Source: a virus (taxonomy: Duplodnaviria > Caudoviricetes). From it: a stretch of DNA of 54,931 nt. The notes beneath the pieces were generated by a model. It was given only the letters and a program-made list of their open reading frames with translations. It did no database searches and was not told the DNA's origin. This document shows, piece by piece, positions 46,459 through 54,896 of this stretch. Positions within the stretch are counted from its first letter, which is position 1. Each line of letters starts with the position of its first letter. Position numbers and translations under genes: made by a program. Location: positions 1 to 54,931 of IMG/VR virus record IMGVR_UViG_3300028897_000717. One strand, written 5' to 3'.

Positions 46459-47554
46459 AAAACTCCTTTCTCACACTCAACCCCTCATTGAGTTTTGCCT
46501 TGATAATTTCATGTATCTTCCTTGCCGCACCCTTACCCATATATTTTAGTGGATAGTCATTTCTTACCCATTGTTGGAAGGTCTCTTTAAATAGTAACCT
46601 AAGCGCCCAGCGAATACCCTTAATGTTGCACTCTATAACGCTCAATGCCATTAACCTTCCCTTCTGTCTATCCCCAACATTAATGGTCGGCACCCCTATG
46701 GCGGGCATTTCGTATATCCCCGCACTTGAGTTCCCTATCAGTGCATCCGATGCCCTACACCGCTCAAGAAACTGTTCTCGGTTCATATCGAGAAAATGCC
46801 AGTTGTGCCGATTCTCACACACCTTCTTAAACGCCTCGTTTATCCACCGCCCCCCACCATCGGCATTGGCACTGGCAAAGTATATGGTCTCGTCTCGTTT
46901 TTCCAATGCGTCCAGTAACAAATGCACTTCCTTTTGTTGCTCAAGTCTGTCCGTTAGCGTGTTCGGGTGCCACGCCACAACGAATTGCCCGTATCGCCTG
47001 CCCAACCACTTGCGCTTTTTAAGGCCGTCCAGTGCAATAAAACCCACGTTAAACACTTTGTCTGGAAATTCGCCTAGCTGCATGACTCGCTTGCTATATT
47101 CCTCACAGTATGTGAAATGCAGGGACGCCAACTTTGTTATGCAATGGCGCCATGAGTCATCAAGACTTCCCGCCGTAACCTCACCCCCAGATATATGCGC
47201 AATGGGCACCCGCAACATTCTTGCCGCCATACAACATGCTAGGGTTTCACTTCTGTCGCCCAGCACCACAAGCACACCAGGGTTCTGTCTTGCAAGCGCA
47301 CGGACGCACATATCTATGGCATTACCCGCACTGGCGGCCACTGCCAACTCACTATCGCTATCGTAAAGAATGTCAAACCGCTCACTTATGGGAAAATCAA
47401 TATCAGAGATAGTTAGACCAAACGAGGGAGCCAAGTGTGAACCCGTTACAAAAAGACATAGTTCCGTTTCGGGGTCGTCATGTACGCATTTGACAAGTGG
47501 ACGAATAAGGCCCCAATCAGCACGCGAAGTGGTAAGCACTCCTACGCGGAACAT
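46439..47554 (-). CDS. neuC: hydrolysing NDP-sugar 2-epimerase (NeuC/LegG family)
   Basis: SRADWG, TGSHL, LGDRSE, HISGGE, IGNSSAG, GDRQKGR. Confidence 0.93.
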   Translation of the reverse strand: MFRVGVLTTSRADWGLIRPLVKCVHDDPETELCLFVTGSHLAPSFGLTISDIDFPISERFDILYDSDSELAVAASAGNAIDMCVRALARQNPGVLVVLGDRSETLACCMAARMLRVPIAHISGGEVTAGSLDDSWRHCITKLASLHFTYCEEYSKRVMQLGEFPDKVFNVGFIALDGLKKRKWLGRRYGQFVVAWHPNTLTDRLEQQKEVHLLLDALEKRDETIYFASANADGGGRWINEAFKKVCENRHNWHFLDMNREQFLERCRASDALIGNSSAGIYEMPAIGVPTINVGDRQKGRLMALSVIECNIKGIRWALRLLFKETFQQWVRNDYPLKYMGKGAARKIHEIIKAKLNEGLSVRKEFYDYGTD

Positions 47555-48213
47555 GTTAACCCTCCATCCACTACCAAACTTACTCCCGTCATATACGCAC
47601 CTGCCTCGCTTGCGAGAAACAATACGGGCCCCACCAAATCTTTGGGTTCCGCCATGCGCCCAAGGGGAACTTTTGCCTGATATTTTTTCACGAACCTAAA
47701 ATCCTGCTTGGCATCCAGTACCCCTCCCGGCAAAATAGCATTCACCCTTATCCCGTATTGCCCATACTTACACGCCAAATGCTTGGTTAATGCCACCACG
47801 CCCCCTTTTGCCAAAACGTACTCCCCGCTAGGCGGTTTCACGGTTGTGCCCCAATAAAGCGAAGGATCGTGCCCTGCCACACCGTATATGCTACCAAAAA
47901 GTATAATACTACCTTGTACCTTGTGCTTTAACATGCTTTCACACGCCATTTCTGCCGTTTCAAACCATCCCAATGTATGCGCCTCAAAATCCGTCGGGTA
48001 CGTACAATTAACAAACACGTCTATCTTCTGTGCTTTATTGAATAGCTGTTGTCTACTTGCGGGATACCCTATGTTGAATGGGATATCCCCGCCATCCTTA
48101 TCGGCATTTATGACATCGGCATTCACCTCTTTGAATCCATGAACCAAGGCTTTCCCTATTAAACCACTGCCACCAGCTATGATTACTCTCTTGTTTTCTA
48201 GGTCGTTAAACAT
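47542..48213 (-). CDS. SDR oxidoreductase (PtmA-like)
   Basis: GGSGLIG, SIYG, YxxxK (YVLAK), IRVNAILPGG, VDGG. Confidence 0.9.
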   Translation of the reverse strand: MFNDLENKRVIIAGGSGLIGKALVHGFKEVNADVINADKDGGDIPFNIGYPASRQQLFNKAQKIDVFVNCTYPTDFEAHTLGWFETAEMACESMLKHKVQGSIILFGSIYGVAGHDPSLYWGTTVKPPSGEYVLAKGGVVALTKHLACKYGQYGIRVNAILPGGVLDAKQDFRFVKKYQAKVPLGRMAEPKDLVGPVLFLASEAGAYMTGVSLVVDGGLTCSA

Positions 48214-48334
48214 ATTTTATTATCAAAAATGCACTCACCCAACCAACAGCAATAGCATTCCACCATCGTTTTGGTTCTTGCACTAAAAAAATAACATTAA
48301 CAATAAGTAATAAAATCAATACAACATCCCGCAT
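48206..48334 (-). CDS. 42-aa membrane peptide
   Basis: AAGGAG RBS; MRDVVLILLLIVNVIFLVQEPKRWWNAIAVGWVSAFLIIKYV. Confidence 0.55.
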   Translation of the reverse strand: MRDVVLILLLIVNVIFLVQEPKRWWNAIAVGWVSAFLIIKYV

Positions 48335-48345
48335 ATTTTTCTCCT

Positions 48346-48361
48346 TTCCCGTCAACGGGAA
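48346..48361. repeat. 16-bp palindrome copy 10, TTCCCGTCAACGGGAA (between a stop codon and an RBS)
   Basis: Exact arms, intergenic. Confidence 0.9.
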
Positions 48362-48658
48362 TCAATCCCTCACAGCACCTTTTGGTAAACTATGGTCTAT
48401 CTTCCCAACTGGTTCAAACAATGAAAACCCCAAAAAATAAATAGGGGCAACAATGGTTTCGATTAAAATCACACTCCAAACAACATTCCCCCATATTACT
48501 TCATATTCTATGTTTTCATTACGTTTACTTCCTTCATTTAACAACCCATAGGTACCGTAAGTAACCCCATCTATTGTTTTACGATCACCACATCCATATA
48601 AACTTGTCGTTGCTACAAATAGAAATATTAAAAATATGACAAACATTTTTACTTTCAT
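48362..48658 (-). CDS. putative phage lipoprotein/membrane protein
   Basis: LYGC lipobox; second hydrophobic segment. Confidence 0.7.
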   Translation of the reverse strand: MKVKMFVIFLIFLFVATTSLYGCGDRKTIDGVTYGTYGLLNEGSKRNENIEYEVIWGNVVWSVILIETIVAPIYFLGFSLFEPVGKIDHSLPKGAVRD

Positions 48659-49380
48659 GGTTCCTCCTTTTTTAAAATATACCTCTTCATGAGCGCCTCA
48701 CATACATGGAACCCAACCTCGTCATCTATATCTACAAACGACCATGGGGGCATGATGAACGGCATTGAAAAGCCGTCCAGTGCAGTTTTTTTGGATTCGT
48801 CCTTCAACCAGGATGCCCTGTACACAAATATGCTATTGTTCTGATCCCACGTCTGCGGAAATTCCTGCCTACTTAATCCGTACTTTATCTTAACCCGCCT
48901 GTAACTCTCCGTGCCCTCGTCAAATTCCACAATGTTCCAATATGGACTTCGCCTAGACTCGACCACGCTATACACGCATGCAAAATTATGTTCCCGCCAT
49001 AAATCGAACGCTCCCTGTATGTGTTCCTTGGTACGCAAAGGGTTACATGCATCAAGGTCTATAATACAGTCATATTCCACACACTGTATCCGCTCCATTT
49101 CCTTTACGGCATATCTCAGGGTCGCCATTTTCGGGGTGTCGTCCCGTGAAACGTATTCGGGGCGTCCTATAACCGCACACCTCATCATGCTGTCCAGTTT
49201 TCGTCCCGCAAGCAGTTGCACCTCAAGGTCGTCAGAGCATACAACTATATGCTGACCCGCCCACTCTTTTGCTTGGTCTATCGAATATTCAATTAAGGGG
49301 CGATTGCATAAAACCCTTGTGTGTTTGTTTGCCAGACCCCTGGAACCCGCTCTGGCCAGAACTGTGGTTAGGACATTCAT
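48655..49380 (-). CDS. neuA: CMP-nonulosonic acid synthetase (acylneuraminate cytidylyltransferase)
   Basis: ARAGSRGLANK, RP, NPLR, RQ, DIDD. Confidence 0.9.
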   Translation of the reverse strand: MNVLTTVLARAGSRGLANKHTRVLCNRPLIEYSIDQAKEWAGQHIVVCSDDLEVQLLAGRKLDSMMRCAVIGRPEYVSRDDTPKMATLRYAVKEMERIQCVEYDCIIDLDACNPLRTKEHIQGAFDLWREHNFACVYSVVESRRSPYWNIVEFDEGTESYRRVKIKYGLSRQEFPQTWDQNNSIFVYRASWLKDESKKTALDGFSMPFIMPPWSFVDIDDEVGFHVCEALMKRYILKKEEP

Positions 49381-49615
49381 TGCAACCTCCAAATTTAATC
49401 CTTGGTATGGGGACTTCCTTTATAGTGTTGTCCTCAAGATTTAGCTCGTAAAGTTTGCCTGTGAACGTGCGCCCGTCCAGATACTCCTGGCTCTCCTGCG
49501 TCCACATGTGAACCGCAGCATGTTCAGGGGAGTCTACGATACCCTGTTGGACGGGTTGATTCTGTATCCCACCCATTGTCCACGTCATAAAAATGACCAA
49601 AAGATAAAGTTTCAT
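49289..49615 (-). CDS. hypothetical protein
   Basis: GAAAGGAGG RBS; hydrophobic N-terminus. Confidence 0.55.
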   Translation of the reverse strand: MKLYLLVIFMTWTMGGIQNQPVQQGIVDSPEHAAVHMWTQESQEYLDGRTFTGKLYELNLEDNTIKEVPIPRIKFGGCNECPNHSSGQSGFQGSGKQTHKGFMQSPLN

Positions 49616-49628
49616 TGATTCCCTCCTT

Positions 49629-49835
49629 TCATACCTCCCATTTTTCGGCAAGATGCCGTTCTTTCACAATTTCGATAAATCGGTTGTACTCAAGCCAACG
49701 CTTTAGTTGACGGGCACATTCGGGACAATACATGCTCGCCTTGCCCTCCTCGCCCCGCTCACGCAATAAATAGCTAGGCGTTCTGCCAACGTTTAGATAG
49801 TTTCCACATGCGTGGAAGTTTCTGCACTTTTGCAT
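49629..49835 (-). CDS. small Zn-finger hypothetical protein
   Basis: C....C and CPEC. Confidence 0.55.
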   Translation of the reverse strand: MQKCRNFHACGNYLNVGRTPSYLLRERGEEGKASMYCPECARQLKRWLEYNRFIEIVKERHLAEKWEV

Positions 49836-49838
49836 GGT

Positions 49839-51815
49839 CTAATTCCCGCCAACGGGAAAAGGTAAAAAATCCTGTGCTAAATCGTCTATCGGCATCTCAC
49901 AGTAGTCAGGGTTTAACTCTATCCCTATGGCCCTGCGCCTGAGTTTCTTGGCTACTATCAGGGTGCGCCCGCTTCCCATGAACGGGTCAAGGACTGTGCA
50001 GGGGACAATTTTTGCATTCTTAAGATTATTGAGTACGTCATAGCCTTGCTTTAAAATACAGCTACAGGTAGGCTTCCAACCGATGGTCTTGGATTCAGGT
50101 GGGTTTATCATTGTTCCACTTGCGGGAGTTCCAGCTGCATAGCCCATTCCCATCTTTTCACGCCTGTCTGACCGCCTTATAACCATTGGTTTATTTTCTG
50201 TAATCCTCTTCCACGGGCTCCCACACTCAGGGCAGCACCCTTTCTCGCTTGTGCCAGCCAATATGCACGTTCTTGGTATTTCTTCTGGAAATGTGGCAAA
50301 ATGGGCTTCCGGAAAAGGCTGTGTCGTGATTGTCCAGACGGAGCGTTTGTTGCGTGTATCAGTATAAATTGGGGTTCCATCTGGTTTATATGCTCCACTA
50401 TGACCCTTTATACCGGATCCTCCACCAGCCATTTTTGAAGTATAATATTTTCTTAAACCTTGAGCATAAGGGCTTTTTATTTTATCTGGAGCATTTGGGC
50501 CAGTCGGATAATTAGCCTTTTCTTTCACCGCATCCGCATCATAGAAATACCTTGCGCTCTTCGTCAGCAGGAATATGTATTCATGGCTCCTAGTGGGCCT
50601 GTCTGTGACCGATTCGGGCATGGGGTTCGGCTTCGACCATATTATATCAGACCTCAACCACCACCCGTCTGCTTGCAGGGCAAGGGCTACACGCCACGGG
50701 ATGCCGCAGAGGTCTTTTGGTTTGAGATTGACATTTGGGAGCGGATTGGTTAAACTTTGGTATGCCGAGTCCAAAGAAACCTTGTCCAACTTGTGATGGT
50801 TTGATGCATCCGCAGGCTTCTCAATGCCACAAGTGCAAACCGACTTATCTAAGGACTGCTGAACACCGTCAATTAATGAGTAACCGCAAAAAAGGCAGTA
50901 AGCATGCTTACCCCTCTGCCAGCACTCGCCCAGAAGTCGCTGAAAAAATAAGTCAGGCATGGACTCCAGAAATGCGTGAAGCAGCTCGTCTTCGGGGTAA
51001 AAGAAACGCTCTGAATCCCGAATGGAGGTTAAAATGTGGTTCTCCAAAAGAGAAAAATCCGATGTGGCAAAATGGTAATTCTCTAATTCCTTACTCTCCT
51101 GGTTGGGCAAGGAAAGTGAAGAAATTAGCTTGGAAACGAGCAAACCACCGTTGCGAAATCTGTTTTTCTGATAAACCTCACGACACCCATCACATAGATT
51201 TTCGCAAAGACAACCACAATCTTGAGAATCTCCAAGTGCTCTGCCGGAAGTGCCACAAGAAACTTCACATGGAACACCTCCACGCTCAAACGATTTAGAT
51301 AAACCAGGGTTTTTATGATGTTCCTTGTACGCCCTGCCACTTCCCATATAAGAATCTCCGAGATTTAAAAAAACCGTCCCGTCCTTCCTCAGCACCCTTC
51401 GCACTTCCCTGAATATCTCTACCATGTGCTGTATATATAGCTCCGGGGTGGGTTCAAGGCCGAGAGAGCCCTTCCACGCGTTGCATTTGAGGCAGAATTG
51501 ACCCGCTATAGTTCTTTCTCTTGTTTCCTTTTTCACACCGTGCGCTCCATAAATGGCTCCGGCATGTTGTCCATCATCTATACATTTGGGGCCATTTTCC
51601 CATTCATGCTCACATCCCTGCGAGTGATCAATTTCACAGCCACAAGGCCATATCTGCGGCTCAATCCCATAATCCCTAAGCCCCCAATATGGAGGGCTAG
51701 TAACCACACAATGCACACTCTCCCCCTCCATCTGCTTCAGTACATCAAGCACATGGCCATTGTAGATTGTGATTCCTGCGTGGTCGTAATGCGGTTTTAT
51801 TTTAATTCCCGCCAA
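49839..51815 (-). CDS. N4/N6 DNA methyltransferase (beta class) with a ~190-aa insertion
   Basis: TSPPYW, NLGDSY, KPKDL.GIPWR, HFATFP, LDPFMGSG. Confidence 0.92.
   Translation of the reverse strand: MAGIKIKPHYDHAGITIYNGHVLDVLKQMEGESVHCVVTSPPYWGLRDYGIEPQIWPCGCEIDHSQGCEHEWENGPKCIDDGQHAGAIYGAHGVKKETRERTIAGQFCLKCNAWKGSLGLEPTPELYIQHMVEIFREVRRVLRKDGTVFLNLGDSYMGSGRAYKEHHKNPGLSKSFERGGVPCEVSCGTSGRALGDSQDCGCLCENLCDGCREVYQKNRFRNGGLLVSKLISSLSLPNQESKELENYHFATSDFSLLENHILTSIRDSERFFYPEDELLHAFLESMPDLFFQRLLGECWQRGKHAYCLFCGYSLIDGVQQSLDKSVCTCGIEKPADASNHHKLDKVSLDSAYQSLTNPLPNVNLKPKDLCGIPWRVALALQADGWWLRSDIIWSKPNPMPESVTDRPTRSHEYIFLLTKSARYFYDADAVKEKANYPTGPNAPDKIKSPYAQGLRKYYTSKMAGGGSGIKGHSGAYKPDGTPIYTDTRNKRSVWTITTQPFPEAHFATFPEEIPRTCILAGTSEKGCCPECGSPWKRITENKPMVIRRSDRREKMGMGYAAGTPASGTMINPPESKTIGWKPTCSCILKQGYDVLNNLKNAKIVPCTVLDPFMGSGRTLIVAKKLRRRAIGIELNPDYCEMPIDDLAQDFLPFPVGGN
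49843..49858. repeat. 16-bp palindrome copy 11, TTCCCGCCAACGGGAA (3' end of the MTase)
   Basis: Exact arms. Confidence 0.9.
50762..51298 (+). CDS. HNH endonuclease nested antisense inside the methyltransferase
   Basis: CPTC..CHKC, NUMOD-like segment, KNPMW.NG, RCEIC...THHIDFRKDNHNLENLQVLCRKCH. Confidence 0.85.
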   Translation: MPSPKKPCPTCDGLMHPQASQCHKCKPTYLRTAEHRQLMSNRKKGSKHAYPSASTRPEVAEKISQAWTPEMREAARLRGKRNALNPEWRLKCGSPKEKNPMWQNGNSLIPYSPGWARKVKKLAWKRANHRCEICFSDKPHDTHHIDFRKDNHNLENLQVLCRKCHKKLHMEHLHAQTI

Positions 51816-52629
51816 CGGGAAACCTCGCCTTGAACTCCAATATTTTTGACAGCAACCGTGTCGCCTCCTCCACGTTTGGTGACGGTTCCCGCCCTGCCTT
51901 AACGCAATCGAAAAAGTATTCCAACTGCCTTAAAAACATTTCGTCCCGTTCCTCTTCGCTCACGCGCAAATCTATATACTCCCCGTCAGCAACTATGTAC
52001 CGTTCCTCTTTATCCGCTGCCATATCCAGTGCTATATGACTACTACACCCGCCCTCGTGAAACAGCATAAAATTTGACCAAAACCGTTCGGTGTAGCCAT
52101 GCATTGCTAAAATCGGCCCGAAAAGCCATGAAGCGTAATCAAGTTCGTGGGACAGCTCAAGCATTACGTGGTTCAAATCCCTCTGCCCCGGCCATTTGCT
52201 GGCATCTGTGGCACACACTATGGTTGCGCCCCTTATGCCCCCTGCCTGCCCCTTTAATTCCTGCAGGCGTGGGTGAAAGCGCATGTTGTATCCAACCATG
52301 GATATCTTGCGGTGTTTAAAGAGTTTTATGCGCAACGCCAATAAACCCTTGGTCTGGTTGGATACGGGTTTCTCCACAAAAACGTGACTTGGCAACATTG
52401 CACATAGCAGGGCCCGCCCCGTATGGTATTGCGTGGGGTTTGTAATAAAGCAGATATCGGGTTTCAATTGCTCCACAAAATCCCATGAGTTGGTTTCATA
52501 AACACCAATAGCAGACCCGTTGCCGTTCCCAGAACGGAAGGCGTATAACTCATGTTCTGGAAAGTTGTCCCGAAGCAGGCGGACATGACGTTTTCCTATG
52601 CTACCGAGACCGCAAAATAAAATATTCAT
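51802..52629 (-). CDS. Gfo/Idh/MocA oxidoreductase (PtmF-like)
   Basis: GLGSIGKRH, FVEKP, GYNMRFHP, ELSHELD. Confidence 0.9.
   Translation of the reverse strand: MNILFCGLGSIGKRHVRLLRDNFPEHELYAFRSGNGNGSAIGVYETNSWDFVEQLKPDICFITNPTQYHTGRALLCAMLPSHVFVEKPVSNQTKGLLALRIKLFKHRKISMVGYNMRFHPRLQELKGQAGGIRGATIVCATDASKWPGQRDLNHVMLELSHELDYASWLFGPILAMHGYTERFWSNFMLFHEGGCSSHIALDMAADKEERYIVADGEYIDLRVSEEERDEMFLRQLEYFFDCVKAGREPSPNVEEATRLLSKILEFKARFPVGGN
51806..51821. repeat. 16-bp palindrome copy 12, TTCCCGCCAACGGGAA (oxidoreductase 3' end / MTase start)
   Basis: Exact arms. Confidence 0.9.
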
Positions 52630-52640
52630 TTCGCCTCATG

Positions 52641-52735
52641 CAAAGAAAAAGGGCACAATACAGGATGGAAAAGCAGGCGCCCGCATCTGCCCTTCTTCTT
52701 TGGTCGTGATCCCCAACTGGCCAGGTCGGGAAATC
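52641..52735 (-). terminator. tandem hairpins after terL; 15-bp stem with a UGCGGG loop motif
   Basis: CAAAGAAGAAGGGCA..UGCCCUUUUUCUUUG. Confidence 0.55.
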
Positions 52736-52776
52736 GGTTAAATGTATTTCAACTCCTCGGGGTTGTCCCCGTCACG

Positions 52777-54462
52777 CTACCTCCATTGTATGTATGGTAA
52801 TTCTTTTGGATTTGGCCCGTCATACTTGCTTTTCTTTGGACCCTCATGTTTAAGTGCCCTATCTAATGCCATAATGGTGGCTACAACACCATCAATTTTC
52901 TCCTTACTTTTAGATTTGTCTGGTTTTACGGCCATGGTTGGATCAAATGTTACAACAACGTTATTTATCATCCATCTAAGCACTGGATTTCCGCCATGTG
53001 ATATTTGTCCCTTAAACACAAGGTTTTTTAACTCTTTGGTTGGATGAGACATTGATTTATAACCCTGCCCAAAAGATATCAAGTGTCTTGCAGCATGTTG
53101 CTTGCTTTCATCCTCAAACCCCATTGCCTGCAAATCCTGGATAATCTTTGATGCCCCCCACCTGTCAAAAGCAATTTCTTTTACATCGTATGTTTGCGCT
53201 ACTGTATCTATCGTGTTTATGACATAAGCATAGTCTAAAACCTCTCCTGGCGTGGTTTCTATATATCCTTGGTTTACCCAAATATCGTAATTGACCCCAT
53301 CCTTTCTAATCCGCTCTTCCATCCCTACTTCTGGAAGCCAAAAATAAGGCAAGATAATATATTTACCGTTATCTTTTTCCGGAGGAAAAACCAAAACAAG
53401 TGCGGTAACATCTAGGGTACTCGCTAAATCCAAACCACCATAGCATTCCCTGCCTTTTAATTTATCTAAACTGATTGGTTCAATGCCACATTTTTCCCAT
53501 TTCTCAAGGGGAATAAATGATTTAACATCGCTTATTGGAATGTTCAGGCGATAACGCAAAAAATCCGCGTATTCAATTGGATCGTATTTGGCACTCTCAT
53601 AATCCCTTCTTACTCGTTCAATGGTAAAAATATGACCAATAGATGGGTTTAAGTCTTTCCATAGTTTTTCATCACCTGGATTATCTTTTTCTTTGTCCCC
53701 AATATAAAGAACTGGCAAAAAACTATTATCAGCTACCGTGCCACTTTCAATTGCTTGTGCTTTTTCTCTTTGCCTCCACCAAATTGATTCCTTATTGTAG
53801 ACTCCAGCAGTTGTCATGACAAAAACCAATTGTTGCGCCCTAGCATAATCGGTCCCGGAGGTTAGGACCCGCCAAAGCTCATCATTCGGTTGTGCATGTA
53901 ATTCATCAAATATAATGGCCGATGGATTAATCCCGTGTTTTGTATATGCCTCCGCCGATAGCACTTGATAAAAGCTATTGGTCTTGTAATCTATAATCCG
54001 CTTTCTGGAATCTATCACTTTCAGTCTTTTATTGAGTGTTCTGTGCTTCCTAACCATCTCCGCAGCTACATTGTAGACCAGCGACGCCTGCTCGCGGTCT
54101 GCGGCTGCAGAATATACTTCTGCACCGTCCTCATCATCACCCACTAACATATATAAGGCTAAAGCTGCCCCTAATTCCGTTTTTCCATTTTTTTTAGGAA
54201 TTTCTAAATAGCATGTTCTGTATTGTCTATAGCCATTTTCATTAAGCGTCCCAAAGAACGGTTCAATAACCCTCTCTTTTTGCCATTTCAACAATTCAAA
54301 TCGTTTCCCGTGCCACTCACCTTTTGTGTGACAACATAGTGTTTCTATAAATGTTTTTACATGACAGACAGGACATCTATTACGCTTCTTCCCCTTGAGA
54401 ATTATTGGAACTCGCTTGCATTCTATACATTTGGTTTTCTTCTCATTAAAAAACAGCATCAA
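52777..54462 (-). CDS. terL: terminase large subunit
   Basis: IPKKNGKT Walker A, IIFDELH Walker B, GGLDL, FDRW, KIDGVVA. Confidence 0.97.
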   Translation of the reverse strand: MMLFFNEKKTKCIECKRVPIILKGKKRNRCPVCHVKTFIETLCCHTKGEWHGKRFELLKWQKERVIEPFFGTLNENGYRQYRTCYLEIPKKNGKTELGAALALYMLVGDDEDGAEVYSAAADREQASLVYNVAAEMVRKHRTLNKRLKVIDSRKRIIDYKTNSFYQVLSAEAYTKHGINPSAIIFDELHAQPNDELWRVLTSGTDYARAQQLVFVMTTAGVYNKESIWWRQREKAQAIESGTVADNSFLPVLYIGDKEKDNPGDEKLWKDLNPSIGHIFTIERVRRDYESAKYDPIEYADFLRYRLNIPISDVKSFIPLEKWEKCGIEPISLDKLKGRECYGGLDLASTLDVTALVLVFPPEKDNGKYIILPYFWLPEVGMEERIRKDGVNYDIWVNQGYIETTPGEVLDYAYVINTIDTVAQTYDVKEIAFDRWGASKIIQDLQAMGFEDESKQHAARHLISFGQGYKSMSHPTKELKNLVFKGQISHGGNPVLRWMINNVVVTFDPTMAVKPDKSKSKEKIDGVVATIMALDRALKHEGPKKSKYDGPNPKELPYIQWR

Positions 54463-54896
54463 TCAAGCAAATCCTCTCCCTCACCTTCTTTGGGTTTCCC
54501 AATAGTCAACCCAACACGATTTACGGGTGACATACCGAACTGTTTAGAATATTTTTCAAATAACTGATAAAGAAGCCTGGCCCTTTTCTCTAATTTTGCT
54601 TTTTCTTCCGCATTCTGTTCATCTGCAATCAAACCATGAATCTCAATTATAAATGCACGTATTTGACATAAGATAGCCAGGGTATCTTCATCCAATTCCG
54701 TAAATAATCCAACCTTGTTAAGACGTTCGGTTAATCGTTCCCATACTTTTTTCGCTTCTTCACTAATATCCGAAGGACAGGATGGAATTATTGTCTCCGG
54801 TTGCGGTTCTTTGACGTTTTCTGGATCTGGGAGACTATGAGAACGCACTCCTTCTAATTTTCTTAATGCTGTTGGTTTATATGCTTTCTTGCTCAT
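54459..54896 (-). CDS. terS: terminase small subunit (P27-like)
   Basis: KPTALRKLEG, EAKKVW, FGMSPVNR; overlaps the terL start. Confidence 0.9.
   Translation of the reverse strand: MSKKAYKPTALRKLEGVRSHSLPDPENVKEPQPETIIPSCPSDISEEAKKVWERLTERLNKVGLFTELDEDTLAILCQIRAFIIEIHGLIADEQNAEEKAKLEKRARLLYQLFEKYSKQFGMSPVNRVGLTIGKPKEGEGEDLLD

Noticed and set aside
46623-47366. Long plus-strand ORFs (also 39038..39604, 28398..28841, 25343..25780)
   Set aside because: Antisense shadows of well-supported genes with no motifs, unlike 50762..51298
50735-51330. MTase insert as an intein
   Set aside because: No C/S...HN-[CST] termini or Hint motifs; the antisense HNH gene explains its composition
5941-51821. The palindrome copies as a CRISPR array or integron attC sites
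   Set aside because: Copies are kilobases apart, only 16 bp and mostly intragenic; no cas or integrase gene and no attC-like structure
5941-51821. The palindrome as canonical parS or Noc site
   Set aside because: It differs from TGTTTCACGTGAAACA and has a 4-bp spacer absent from NBS; only an analogy is supportable
34599-52629. Host O-antigen/capsule locus or misassembly
   Set aside because: Genes are interleaved with phage ORFs, share the palindrome and are flanked by terL and portal; no wzx/wzy/ABC export genes. Read-level confirmation is still desirable
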